This document shows, one piece after another, positions 30,607 through 40,883 of a DNA stretch of 64,000 nucleotides; positions within the stretch are counted from its first letter, which is position 1, and each line of letters begins with the position of its first letter. The DNA comes from Lachnospiraceae bacterium (GTDB lineage: Bacteria; Bacillota; Clostridia; Lachnospirales; Lachnospiraceae): contig JAMPFQ010000001.1 in assembly GCA_023664345.1 (NCBI GenBank), positions 114,482 through 178,481 of the forward strand. The letters run 5' to 3'. The notes under the pieces were generated by a model. The model was given only the letters and a program-made list of their open reading frames with translations. It made no database searches and had not been told where the DNA came from. The position numbers were made by a program, and so were the translations under genes.

Positions 30607-31842
30607 TTAGCCAAAACATCTTCTCACAATCTTAATCACTACATCCTGCTGTTCTACGGTCATTTTATTATCACTGGGCAGACACAATCCTCTTTGAAAA
30701 ATATCCGCCCCCACATCAGCACATTCACTTTCTATATATGCGTTCGTTCTGGCCCTTCCATCCCCTGAGCGCGTTACAAATCCGTTCATCCTGTATATAG
30801 GCTGTAAATGCATGGGTTTCCAGATTGGCCGTCCCTCCGCATTATACCTGGCTAAAGCTTCCAGGATTTCTGTGGGACAGCTTTTGCCCTGCTCCGTAAT
30901 ATACAGGGCTTCTCGTTCTCCCCGCACCTGTTTGCACATAGCATCTTCATCTATCAAGATGCAGCTCAGCCAATAATTAGGCTCTGATTTCTCCTTATCA
31001 TATGGATTCATAGTCACGGGCAAATCTTGAAAGGCATTTTGATATCTTTCATAAATTGCCTTTTTCTGCGCAATATGTTCCTCCAGGAAAGGGAATTGTC
31101 CTCTGACAACACCGGCTATCACATTGCTCATTCGATAATTATATCCCAATTCCTCATGCTGATACCATGGAGCTGCTTCTCTGGCCTGAGTAGACCACTT
31201 TCTTACCTTGTCCGCCGCCGCTTTATCATCCGTCAACAGCATTCCGCCGGAAGAACCAGTAATAATTTTATTCCCATTGAAAGAGATTGCATTATATTTT
31301 CCAAATGTCCCTGTCTGTGTCCCTTTATAGACCGCCCCCAAAGATTCTGCGGCATCTTCGATAATAATCGCACCATGGTGGTCGCAAATATCCCTAATCT
31401 CCTCCACCTTACCAGGCGTCCCGTACAAATGCGCCACCACTACAGCCTTTACTCCGGAATAAAGCTTGAAAGCCTCTTCCAGCGCTACAGGATCCATATT
31501 CCAGGTATCGTATTCTGTATCAATAAAAATCGGTTCACCGCCCTCATACTTCACAGGGTTGACCGAAGCGTCAAATGTCATATCAGAGCAAAACACCTTA
31601 TCCCCTTGTTTGATTCCAGCCAGCTTTACCGCCATATGCAGTGCAGCCGTTCCTGTTGAAAGAGCCACTGCGTATTTGCTCCCCGTCTTATCACAGGCCA
31701 GCCGCTCAACTTCATTTATATTTTCACCCACAGTGGACATCCAGTTGTCATTATACGCTTTTGTCACAAATTCCAGTTCCGGTCCATGCATAGTTGGAGA
31801 ACTTAACCAAAGCTTGTCCTTAAATGGCTGTATCTGTTGCAT
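30607..31842 (-). CDS. DegT-family aminotransferase (PglE-like UDP-4-keto-sugar aminotransferase)
   Basis: FNGNKIITGSSGGML ... LGYNYRMSNV. The ORF extends to 31938, but the likely start is an internal Met near 31842 or 31866. Its GC is clearly higher than the genes to its left. Confidence 0.7.
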   Translation of the reverse strand: MQQIQPFKDKLWLSSPTMHGPELEFVTKAYNDNWMSTVGENINEVERLACDKTGSKYAVALSTGTAALHMAVKLAGIKQGDKVFCSDMTFDASVNPVKYEGGEPIFIDTEYDTWNMDPVALEEAFKLYSGVKAVVVAHLYGTPGKVEEIRDICDHHGAIIIEDAAESLGAVYKGTQTGTFGKYNAISFNGNKIITGSSGGMLLTDDKAAADKVRKWSTQAREAAPWYQHEELGYNYRMSNVIAGVVRGQFPFLEEHIAQKKAIYERYQNAFQDLPVTMNPYDKEKSEPNYWLSCILIDEDAMCKQVRGEREALYITEQGKSCPTEILEALARYNAEGRPIWKPMHLQPIYRMNGFVTRSGDGRARTNAYIESECADVGADIFQRGLCLPSDNKMTVEQQDVVIKIVRRCFG

Positions 31843-32452
31843 AGAATTTCTATCATGAATCATTTCCATCACTCCGTTTGTAAAGTTATAGCCAAAGCAT
31901 CCCACACGGCATAACATAAATCTAATGTATCTTATCACACTTTTTATGAAAAAGCAAATAAATGGAAATCTGAATTTTCTGCAAAGGAATTAACCTTATA
32001 CGGTTAACTCTAAAAATACACTCGATTGGAACGCGATATGGACAACAGCTACAGGAATTTCTTACTAAGACTAAAGGAGAAGCACATCCGATGACGTTTC
32101 ACCCAGCAGCAGCTGTGCCCCTGTATACAAATACCGCAAAGTTCTTTCAGCAGAACGGAAACAGAATATATATGCTTTACATATCCTAAACTCAAATATC
32201 TTTTACAGTCTGCGAAAGCAACATGGACATATCTGGACAGGTTATGCTGCAAATCCTGAAGAGGGATATGATCTTGTATGGACGCAAAATGGTCAAAAAA
32301 CAAATCGGCAGAAAAATGCAGGAATCAACCTTGCACGGTTCATTCCTGCAATATTAAGAGTCTCGGACGGAAAAAACTGCATGCTGTCTTTCAGGATTAT
32401 AAAATCAGTATATCAGAAGCATCCTCACAACGCCTTTCAGAAAACATGCAAC

Positions 32453-33377
32453 CTACTCGGTGCCGTATGATACGCCATCCTTTTCTGACAAGAGTTTTTT
32501 AAGTCGAGCAATTTCCGCATCTTTTACAGCAAGTTCCGCATCTTTATCGGCAAGAGCAGCCTCTTTCCTGGCAAACTCTTCCTCCACATAATTCTGCCGG
32601 CGGTAATAATCTTCGCGGGCTTCACACTGCAGGCGTATTTTTTCTTCCTGCGTCAGCTGGTAGATGGTGTTGGATGCATCGTTGATAAAATCATCTTTTT
32701 GTGCGAGCATTTTGATTTCCTCCCATGTGGTGGACTTGAAAAGGGAAGCCCAGTAGTCGATGTGATATGACCTGTCTTCTTCTGTTGCCAGATTGATACA
32801 AGTTAAGTTTAACACAGAGAAGCGTAGTTTGTCACTATATAACATATGATTTTTTACGTTCAGGAATTGATAAGTCGCATAAAACTCCGGACTTTCCGGA
32901 AACAGGGTAAAATTTAACAGACCAATCTGTATGGTCGGCTTCGCATAGCGGTAGTCCTGGTTATGCTCCAAATGGTCGAACGAGCGGCAGAGATAACTCA
33001 GGGAACGGTCTGTCCAGTTGTGCTCATTGATGACCTGCATCTCCAGATTGATATCGGTCTGGTCATTCATTAGTACTTTGACATCAAGGAAAAAGTCTCT
33101 GCTGTCAATGGTATCACCCAGTTCGATGGGATTCCTGATAGACACTGTGCGGACCTGTTCGCTGCTCAGATGCAGCAGGGAGCAGATCAGACCTTTCAGG
33201 ACGCGGTTGTTCCGCTGCAGCAGGGCACGGAACAGATAGTCATTGTACATAGGGATGGCGACAGGACCGGTAGCGGAATCGAGTCCTGTACCCGAGGCGG
33301 TTTCAGGAGCAGTGTCACGTTCCATGGTGACAGAAATGGAATTGTCAGGTACGTTGTTTGTGATCCTATTGTTCATA
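32453..33377 (-). mobile_element. Rpn-family recombination-promoting nuclease / PD-(D/E)XK putative transposase
   Basis: MYNDYLFRALLQRNNRVLKGLICSLL (the D..FK.LF-like N-terminus), a PD-(D/E)XK-like core and a C-terminal coiled coil (EEEFARKEAALADKDAELAVKDAEIARLKK). An AAGGAG RBS sits 5 nt before the ATG at 33377, so the ORF-track start at 33460 is probably too long. Confidence 0.6.
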
Positions 33378-33700
33378 CATTCTCCTTTGTGAGTGTGGCA
33401 TGGCGTTTTGATCAGGACGGTATTACGCACATTCAAAGTGCGGCACACTAAACAGCTCAAAACCTGAATGAAAGATCAAAATGCAGTCTGTAGTTTATGA
33501 TACAGGGTATAAACGGCGAACCGCCGCAGGATATCAAGTCGTTAAAAGCGTGTAATATAAAGGATACGGCTTAATCTAATAAAACAATAACATTATTTCA
33601 GAATAATGTCAACAGCAAATTGTATGTGCTGGAAATTTTGTCAGCATTTTGTCTTTTATATATGGTACGATCTGATGGGATGTGATACTATACAAATTAT

Positions 33701-33730
33701 ACAAAAAATAACCCGGCAGCACCGGGTTAT
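33701..33730 (-). terminator. Rho-independent terminator downstream of the three-gene island operon
   Basis: On the minus strand a perfect 7-bp stem (AACCCGG/CCGGGTT) with a 5-nt loop is followed by a TTATTTTTTG run, about 190 nt after the stop at 33923. Confidence 0.5.
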
Positions 33731-33922
33731 AAAGAGGCGGCTCAGATCATTACGGCATATACAAACGCTTTTATTCCCTTGCCGCAAACTGACCTGTGAT
33801 ACCTGAAATGTGATTGCACATAGACCGTATGACAATCATCAATTTGAAATCTGTTAAGCGGTAATTCCTTTCCTGTAAAATATCATGTCAAAATGTACTC
33901 CGGCAATTGCTTCTGCCATTTG

Positions 33923-35029
33923 CTATGCAGAGGCCATCTCCCATGTATTCCAACACTCTTTTTGAACCATTATATCGTATATTTTGTTTCTTATATCCGC
34001 ATTTTTTAAATATCCCAAGATTAACCTGGCATCAGCCCTAAATGACTCTTTAGACCCAAATGTCGCCCGATATAATCCTCTGATCTGATCCGCTGTTTTT
34101 TTTCTACAATTGAACTCTGCCAGCATCCCAAGCAGTTCATCCACTTCTCCCTGAGAAAATATCTGATAATACTGCTGGCATTTAGTCACATATGTTTTCA
34201 GGATAACGACCGCATCATAAAACCTGTTTTTGGTATCTGCGGACAACGGTTGTCCACAGGTAAACAGAAAATCTTCCAGGCTCTGGCCGCTTCCTATACT
34301 GCCTTTCTTTAATCTTGCATTGATATCCTCTCTGATCAGGTTTCTCCACTCCAAATATTTATTTTCACTTTCCATACCTATATACAAAGCGCACAGGTAA
34401 TGCTCTGCCTGTTCAGATATCGAACTCCGCTGTAAATAAACAGTGTTCAGATTCTTAAGGAATGCTGTTATCCAGGACAGTTCTTCCACCGATTTTTTCT
34501 GTTTGGTCATTTTTTGTCCTTCTATATCATCCACGGCATCCTGGACAAATCTATAAACCATCTTCTCAAATCGCCTCGTCAAAACTTCCGCGTCAAACGC
34601 ACAGATCATATCCGCCAGACATATGTTTCTACCCTGGAGCAACAGTTTCATTGTCATTAACAAAATAAACAGAAACAACAGGTTCACCTGATCATTCTCA
34701 TTTAATCCAGTCAGTTTCTTCCAGTAACATTTCACCTCTGCCTCATCTAAACGCATAACCACATCTGTATGCTCCGCACACTTGATGCTCTGACAGATTC
34801 CTCCCTCGATCTGACAAAGTATGCATTTCAAAGAATCCCCCTCTGAACGTGCCTCTCGCATCTCCGCACACGACAATCCAATGTCTTTTCTGTTTAAATT
34901 ATACAAATAGCACATCTGTATAATAGAGTCGCGATCAGGGCACAAGCATAATCCACTGTTTATGTGATCATTCTCGCATTCGATATTTACCGTCATATTA
35001 TATAAGCCTTTGCACACGTCTAACATCAT
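33923..35029 (-). CDS. hypothetical Cys-rich protein (368 aa), third gene of the island operon
   Basis: The N-terminal 85 aa contain 10 Cys (CxC, CxxC-like CILCQIEGGICQSIKC), and the rest looks helical. An AAAGG RBS precedes ATGATG at 35029. It lies 21 nt after the upstream gene. Confidence 0.4.
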   Translation of the reverse strand: MMLDVCKGLYNMTVNIECENDHINSGLCLCPDRDSIIQMCYLYNLNRKDIGLSCAEMREARSEGDSLKCILCQIEGGICQSIKCAEHTDVVMRLDEAEVKCYWKKLTGLNENDQVNLLFLFILLMTMKLLLQGRNICLADMICAFDAEVLTRRFEKMVYRFVQDAVDDIEGQKMTKQKKSVEELSWITAFLKNLNTVYLQRSSISEQAEHYLCALYIGMESENKYLEWRNLIREDINARLKKGSIGSGQSLEDFLFTCGQPLSADTKNRFYDAVVILKTYVTKCQQYYQIFSQGEVDELLGMLAEFNCRKKTADQIRGLYRATFGSKESFRADARLILGYLKNADIRNKIYDIMVQKECWNTWEMASA

Positions 35030-35050
35030 TAGTACCTTTCTATCAACTGA

Positions 35051-36781
35051 TCATACGCTTTTTTCATATTGTACTTCTATGTTTAAAGCTTTTTTTAGGA
35101 TACTGTTGTTCGCATATATGGGCAGCCGATCAATATAATAATCCCTGTAGTTTAATACCTCGTTATTAACAACTTCCTCATATTCATCCGGCAATAGGTT
35201 ATTCTTTATCTCCGGACAACGTGAGCACAATTGTTCGATCAATCCATCCTTTAATGTTGCAAAATCATAGCCGTTTATTGTACAAAACCCTTTAAATTCT
35301 ATCAGTGGCAATACCAGTGCCGCTCTGTTTTCTTCATTACAGGTAGGATTTTGTTCCCCTGCTGCGAGCAGGTTGCCCACACACTCCTGTCGATCTATCA
35401 CATCCGGCGATACGATGATCGTCACTTTACCGGCATCAGCCAGACTGATAGCCTTACACCAGATAGTCTTCATGGCATCGATCTTAAACATATCGCACAG
35501 TGTTCCTATGGAAATGCCTTTCATGCGCGGCTCATTTTTATCTGCCCGCTGTTCGTCCTGTTTTCCACATTCACGTATGAACTGACTCACACTGTCCTGT
35601 GCAGATCTGACCTTATCATAGATATCCTTTGATACTTTTGTAAAAGGATCTTTCTTATCTTCCATGATAAAACCGGACTCAAACTCTTTCAGGCAGGAGG
35701 TCAGTTCTTTTTCACGTCCCCGCAGGCACTCTGCGCTTTTAAAGCCCAGAGACGGTATCTCTTCTTTCCATTTGGCATGTTTTATCCCAATGTTTTTTAA
35801 AAATACATTTCCTAACGCCATACTTATCAAGTATGTTATGGTGCTGTACATAAAACGGTTGTGTGCATATACATCCTCTTGTTGCCAACAATCTTCGATT
35901 TCTTCTCTGCCGCCTTCAAGATCAATATAATGTTGGCTTTTGATTTTCTGAAAAGCGCCGCGAAGAGATCCTTTTTTGACAGGCTTCAGATAACAGTACG
36001 GTACTACGATCACTTTTCCCAGTCTCTTCAATGTATACACCCTGATCAGATCGGCCTGCGTAATCTTCAGAGTCCCCTCAAGCGCTTTATGGTCAGTACA
36101 ATAAAGAAATGCCCCGACACCGTAATGCTCCTGTACCGTTGTAGTAATGTCCTCCACCTGTTCTTTATCCTGTACAAACTTCTTTAGACACTCTCCTTCG
36201 GGGGTATCAAGATCGTATTCCGCATATGGGAGATAGGAAATATAAGGTTGGCCCGCCGTAAAAAAGGCATTAACAATCTTACCAGAAAATGTGCGCCATA
36301 TTTCGTCATCGACCTTCTCACTTGCGTCCAGTCGATCCAATAATCCACTTTTTATCAGCTTCTTGTCAATATTTTGCAAGAGCACTTTTGCACGTATCCT
36401 ATCCGGGCTGCACCCACAATGCTCCACCAGATATTTATATTCCTCATCGAGGGCGCGACCGTGCAAGACAATATCGTCCACCAACAAAATATCAGCGTTA
36501 TTTAGCATACTCTCCCACAACACAACGGATATATTGGTGACTATGCGTCCCTGCGGCTTTATATCGCCTTCATACAAGAAGTCAATAATCTCTTTAAACA
36601 CACTGTATAAGGCAGATAAACGCCTTGTCATCAAGATCTTTATCTGCTCGCTGCTCTGCATGATATCAACAAAAAAGTCCAGGATCCTATAGAAAAAGGA
36701 TTCTCCCAGGATAGATACCAAAATCTGGATCTTAACTGTGACTTTGTCAGATGTAGATGTCATAATCCTTATTCTCCCCAT
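35051..36781 (-). CDS. hypothetical 576-aa protein with an N-terminal type-I phosphoribosyltransferase-like PRPP-loop motif
   Basis: Residues about 95-110 read NADILLVDDIVLHGRAL. This is hydrophobic x4-DD-hydrophobic x3-(T/H)G-x-(T/A), like PyrR VILVDDVLYTGRTV. The remaining roughly 400 aa are unassigned. The start overlaps the upstream gene's stop, which indicates translational coupling. Confidence 0.45.
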   Translation of the reverse strand: MGRIRIMTSTSDKVTVKIQILVSILGESFFYRILDFFVDIMQSSEQIKILMTRRLSALYSVFKEIIDFLYEGDIKPQGRIVTNISVVLWESMLNNADILLVDDIVLHGRALDEEYKYLVEHCGCSPDRIRAKVLLQNIDKKLIKSGLLDRLDASEKVDDEIWRTFSGKIVNAFFTAGQPYISYLPYAEYDLDTPEGECLKKFVQDKEQVEDITTTVQEHYGVGAFLYCTDHKALEGTLKITQADLIRVYTLKRLGKVIVVPYCYLKPVKKGSLRGAFQKIKSQHYIDLEGGREEIEDCWQQEDVYAHNRFMYSTITYLISMALGNVFLKNIGIKHAKWKEEIPSLGFKSAECLRGREKELTSCLKEFESGFIMEDKKDPFTKVSKDIYDKVRSAQDSVSQFIRECGKQDEQRADKNEPRMKGISIGTLCDMFKIDAMKTIWCKAISLADAGKVTIIVSPDVIDRQECVGNLLAAGEQNPTCNEENRAALVLPLIEFKGFCTINGYDFATLKDGLIEQLCSRCPEIKNNLLPDEYEEVVNNEVLNYRDYYIDRLPIYANNSILKKALNIEVQYEKSV

Positions 36782-37728
36782 TCAATGTATGGAACTGCCT
36801 TTACCTTATTAGAACCCCGATCCATCCTGGCGCTGTTTATCATACATCTGACTTTACAGCAGCTGTACCCGACCCCGTCCGAATCACGTCCATCAATACT
36901 ATTATAAAATCGGACTCCCAGCGTCAAAATACTCTTATCAAAGTTTATCCTCTTATAGTTATTATACTTTACATGCATTGTGGCCATATCGAACAGATCT
37001 TCTATGCTATCTGAACAATCGGTATGTTCATCAATGATAATCACCATCTTGTCGGTGATCGATATGTCGCGGTAATCTTTCAGAAAGATATCAAATTTTT
37101 TATCAGCAATCTCCCATTCGATCCGATCAACATCATATTTTGTGACCGGGACCATGCCCTCATTGATAATGTCACAGGTCAGTACAATGTATCTTTTTCC
37201 TTCCATGGTTTTTTTATGACCAAAATAGGTAAAATATAACTCTTCGATATACCAGTTTACCTGATATTCCTTAAGAGGCTTGCTGAACACCTCTATACTG
37301 ACTGACCGTATAGCAATCCTGGGCTTCAACTGATATCTGTTCACGATCTCCGTTAGCCGGGCTATCTGTTCCTGCTGCATTTGTGCCTGCTGATCCTGTT
37401 TATTACTCAACTCCGCTTGCCGATAAGTAACCCACCCAAGCAAAATGGCAACCATACTGCCTATATAGCTGCCCCAGAAGCCAAACCATTCTTTGGCGGT
37501 CATATCCGACTGGATCGGTATTTTATAGTACCATTTATAGGTGATTGCGGCATTGAGCAATATAGGGAACGCCAAAAAAGCAATGATGCCCAAAAAGATA
37601 TATAGAAACGCTCTTCGTTTATCCCTGGAGCGTCTTTTTTTCACGCTTCTGATTGCCATTCCCAAACCCAATAAGACAACAATAGTTATGATAACAATTG
37701 CTATCTTCGTCCAGAATCTCATGGGCAT
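36769..37728 (-). CDS. membrane protein (three N-terminal TM helices plus a roughly 200-aa soluble C-terminal domain), first gene of the island operon
   Basis: Hydrophobic segments IAIVIITIVVLLGLGMAI, AFLYIFLGIIAFLAFPILL and GSYIGSMVAILLGWV. A GAGGG RBS precedes the ATG at 37728. The ORF-track TTG at 37785 is less likely. Confidence 0.45.
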   Translation of the reverse strand: MPMRFWTKIAIVIITIVVLLGLGMAIRSVKKRRSRDKRRAFLYIFLGIIAFLAFPILLNAAITYKWYYKIPIQSDMTAKEWFGFWGSYIGSMVAILLGWVTYRQAELSNKQDQQAQMQQEQIARLTEIVNRYQLKPRIAIRSVSIEVFSKPLKEYQVNWYIEELYFTYFGHKKTMEGKRYIVLTCDIINEGMVPVTKYDVDRIEWEIADKKFDIFLKDYRDISITDKMVIIIDEHTDCSDSIEDLFDMATMHVKYNNYKRINFDKSILTLGVRFYNSIDGRDSDGVGYSCCKVRCMINSARMDRGSNKVKAVPYIEWGE

Positions 37729-37857
37729 GTCCCTCTTTTGTACTATAACACATGCAGCATTCGTTTTCGCCATCAATAATGGCAATTTATTGTTACTAGC
37801 TTATCATATCCTTACAATAAAATCAATTATCAATTTGCTGACAGCCCTATATAGCAG

Positions 37858-39738
37858 CTATATTCCACCACCCTGCTCCTCGTAATGATACGTAGGCACG
37901 ATCTCCCGTACATTTTCCCTGATATCCGCCGACTCGTTCCCGGCATCCTCCCCCAGCTTCTTAAGCTGTTCCTCAAACAGTTCCGCGTCAAACTCAATGG
38001 GCCTGCCAATGAATATCATCTTATTGGCGGTCTTTTTCAGCCCCTCCTCATTCATCAGCAGTTCTTCATACATCTTCTCGCCGGGGCGCAGTCCGGTAAA
38101 CTTGATCTCTATATCTTCCCCGACCTTATAGCCGGAAAGCTTGATCAGGTTGGTGGCCAGATCCAGGATCTTTACCGGCTCTCCCATATCCAGCACGAAG
38201 ATTTCTCCGCCTTTCGCGTAGGCTCCCGCCTGCAGCACCAGAGAAACAGCTTCCGAGATCGTCATAAAATAACGTATGATATCAGGGTGGGTGACTGTTA
38301 CCGGACCGCCCTCCGCGATCTGCTTTTTGAACAGGGGGATCACGCTGCCGTTGCTCCCCAGTACATTCCCAAACCTTACCGCCACAAAGTTAGTTTTGGA
38401 TTTCTGGTTCATCAGCTGAATCACCATCTCGCAGATCCGCTTTGAAGCTCCCATGATATTGGTAGGATTGACCGCTTTGTCCGTGGATATGAGCACGAAT
38501 TTCTCCGCGCCATACCTGTCCGCAGCCTGGGCAGTCTTATATGTCCCCATGACATTGTTTTTGATCGCCTCGTTAGGGCTTGTCTCCATCAAAGGCACAT
38601 GCTTATGCGCGGCGGCATGATATACGATGTCAGGCCGATATGCCTCAAAGATATGGTTCATACGGTTCGTATTCCTGACGGACGCGATCAGGACCTGCAG
38701 ATCCAGTTCAGGATATTTCCAGAGCAGTTCCTGTTGAATATCATAAGCATTATTTTCATAAATATCCACAATGATCAGCTGTTTGGGCCGATGAGCAGCA
38801 ATCTGCCTGCACAGTTCGCTGCCGATGGAACCGCCTCCGCCCGTGACCATGACCACCTTGCCGCTGACATAACCGAGCACCTCCTCCGTATTGATGCGGA
38901 TCGGCTCCCTGCCCAGCAGGTCCTCGATATCAACTTCCTTTAATGTGGCAACGGATACATCTCCGTTGATCAGCTGATACATACCGGGAAGCGCACGCAT
39001 CTTACAGCCGGTCTCCTTACAGATATCCAGAAACTCCCGCCTGGTCCTGGCATCCGCCGAGGGGATCGCGTATATGATCTCATCTATCCCATACTCTGAT
39101 ACCGCCTCCATGATCTTATCCCTGCCGCCCACAATGGGCACACCGCGGAGCAGTTTTCCATGGCAGCCCTCCTGGTCATCCACAATACATTTTGCCCGCA
39201 GATTCAGGTAGGCGCTGCTTTCAATCTCTTTCAGGATCATATTTGCCGCGGCGCCTGCGCCGATCAGCATGACATTGACCCCTTTCTTCCTGCCCAACAG
39301 GTCATTACGCTTGTTATTAAATATCCGCAGGATACGGTATCCAAACCGGATACAGGTGATAAGCACCGTCAGCAGAAACCAGTAAAGCACATAATAACTT
39401 CTGGGCATCCTCTGATCCAGCACATAACACAGTACTGTCTGAGCAACAGACGTGCAGGTGGTGGCAAATATCACATTGATCAGCTCATTGGCGCTGGCAT
39501 ATCTCCACACGCTCTTATACAGCTTCCACACTGCAAAGAGTGCCAGTGCCACGCCGATATCAATCAGGATGATATGTTCGAATTTGAGAATATATTCTTC
39601 TGGAATATTAGAAAAGCTGAACTCGAATCGGATATATAACGCCCCGAACGATGCCACGATGACCGCCATGATATCCATCAGGGCCAATGCGATGATCCGA
39701 TTTGTGGGTATATCTATAAATCTTCCTTCTTTTCTCAT
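37858..39738 (-). CDS. membrane-anchored UDP-GlcNAc 4,6-dehydratase (PglF/CapD/WbpM family)
   Basis: Four N-terminal TM helices are followed by two Rossmann regions (GAGAAANMI ... VTGGGGSIGSEL) and YxxxK. At 626 aa it is typical of polysacc_synt_2 proteins. Confidence 0.8.
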   Translation of the reverse strand: MRKEGRFIDIPTNRIIALALMDIMAVIVASFGALYIRFEFSFSNIPEEYILKFEHIILIDIGVALALFAVWKLYKSVWRYASANELINVIFATTCTSVAQTVLCYVLDQRMPRSYYVLYWFLLTVLITCIRFGYRILRIFNNKRNDLLGRKKGVNVMLIGAGAAANMILKEIESSAYLNLRAKCIVDDQEGCHGKLLRGVPIVGGRDKIMEAVSEYGIDEIIYAIPSADARTRREFLDICKETGCKMRALPGMYQLINGDVSVATLKEVDIEDLLGREPIRINTEEVLGYVSGKVVMVTGGGGSIGSELCRQIAAHRPKQLIIVDIYENNAYDIQQELLWKYPELDLQVLIASVRNTNRMNHIFEAYRPDIVYHAAAHKHVPLMETSPNEAIKNNVMGTYKTAQAADRYGAEKFVLISTDKAVNPTNIMGASKRICEMVIQLMNQKSKTNFVAVRFGNVLGSNGSVIPLFKKQIAEGGPVTVTHPDIIRYFMTISEAVSLVLQAGAYAKGGEIFVLDMGEPVKILDLATNLIKLSGYKVGEDIEIKFTGLRPGEKMYEELLMNEEGLKKTANKMIFIGRPIEFDAELFEEQLKKLGEDAGNESADIRENVREIVPTYHYEEQGGGI

Positions 39739-39822
39739 GTCAGATTCCTTCTCTTCCTGTCATTTATCTGGGGTGGCTGTTTATCTGCTTTTGCCAAAGC
39801 ATATCATACCACATCCGCACTT

Positions 39823-40812
39823 TTATAACAATAGCTTCCTGTGCAGCCTCCTGATCCCCCTTGGCGCGATCGCGAACAGCGTGTGGTACACCTTGTCCTT
39901 TCCTGACAGGATCGGATTCCTCATGGATCGCCACCAGTTTTTCCTCAGATACCGCACCACATTTAAATATCTATCGTTATCTTTTCTCATCTGAGAAATA
40001 GGTATATGCAGCATATAGTCGATTCGCTGAAAGATGCCGAAGCGGAACGCGATATCCTGCAGTTGCGGATACTTGTCCCGCACGATCATGCAGACCATAT
40101 CCGCATTGTCGATATTATCGGCATATACCCGGGAAAAAGTCTCCCTATCCGCTTTTCTGGAATTGCTGCCCACACGGTAAAATACATGATAGCCTCTGTC
40201 CGGCAGTGACGCGATCCTGGGGATTCTCTCCCCCAGAAGCTGCACCAGCAGATGAAAATCTTCGTTCAACATACCTGCGGGAAATTCCCGATCCTCCAGC
40301 ACGTCCCTTCGGATCAGCTTGGTGCAGAAAGAGCAGTCTCCCCGGTGCATCAGCAGTTCTTTCAGGAAATCTTCCGCTTCAATACAGACCGGCTCCCCGG
40401 GCGGAACGCAGATATCAGGCAGTCTGTTCCCATCGGGATCGATTTCATCCCTGCCCGTCTGGGCCACAGGCGCACCGTACTGTGTTATGGCCGCATAAAG
40501 CTTTTCATACATATCAGGCTCCACGTGATCGTCACTGTCCACAAAACCCAGATATTCGCCTTTTGCTTCCGCGATCCCCAGATTCCTGGCGGAGGAAGAT
40601 CCTCCATTTTGCTTATGGAACACGCGGACGCGCCGATCCTCTTCCCCCAGTCGGTCGCAGAGCGCACCGCTTTTGTCCGTAGAGCCGTCATCCACCAACA
40701 GGATCTCCAGCTGCGGATAAGTCTGATCCTGCAGCGACTTCACGCATCTGGGCAGATATTCTTCTGTGTTATATACCGGAACAATAATACTGATCAACGG
40801 ACGTTCCATCAC
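39823..40812 (-). CDS. GT2-family glycosyltransferase
   Basis: ISIIVPVYNTEEYLPRCVKSL...LLVDDGSTD...DSDD. Confidence 0.75.
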   Translation of the reverse strand: MMERPLISIIVPVYNTEEYLPRCVKSLQDQTYPQLEILLVDDGSTDKSGALCDRLGEEDRRVRVFHKQNGGSSSARNLGIAEAKGEYLGFVDSDDHVEPDMYEKLYAAITQYGAPVAQTGRDEIDPDGNRLPDICVPPGEPVCIEAEDFLKELLMHRGDCSFCTKLIRRDVLEDREFPAGMLNEDFHLLVQLLGERIPRIASLPDRGYHVFYRVGSNSRKADRETFSRVYADNIDNADMVCMIVRDKYPQLQDIAFRFGIFQRIDYMLHIPISQMRKDNDRYLNVVRYLRKNWWRSMRNPILSGKDKVYHTLFAIAPRGIRRLHRKLLL

Positions 40813-40883
40813 GACAACCTCTTTTTTATTACGTATGTTATTTCATCGTTCATTATATTATAAGCGCAAGTGGGTTTTCATGT

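Noticed and set aside
32049-32303. 84-aa minus-strand ORF and short plus-strand ORFs in the 0.5-kb spacer left of the Rpn gene
   Set aside because: They lack an RBS and codon bias and have no family resemblance. I treat the region as non-coding or a remnant (see the island-border finding).
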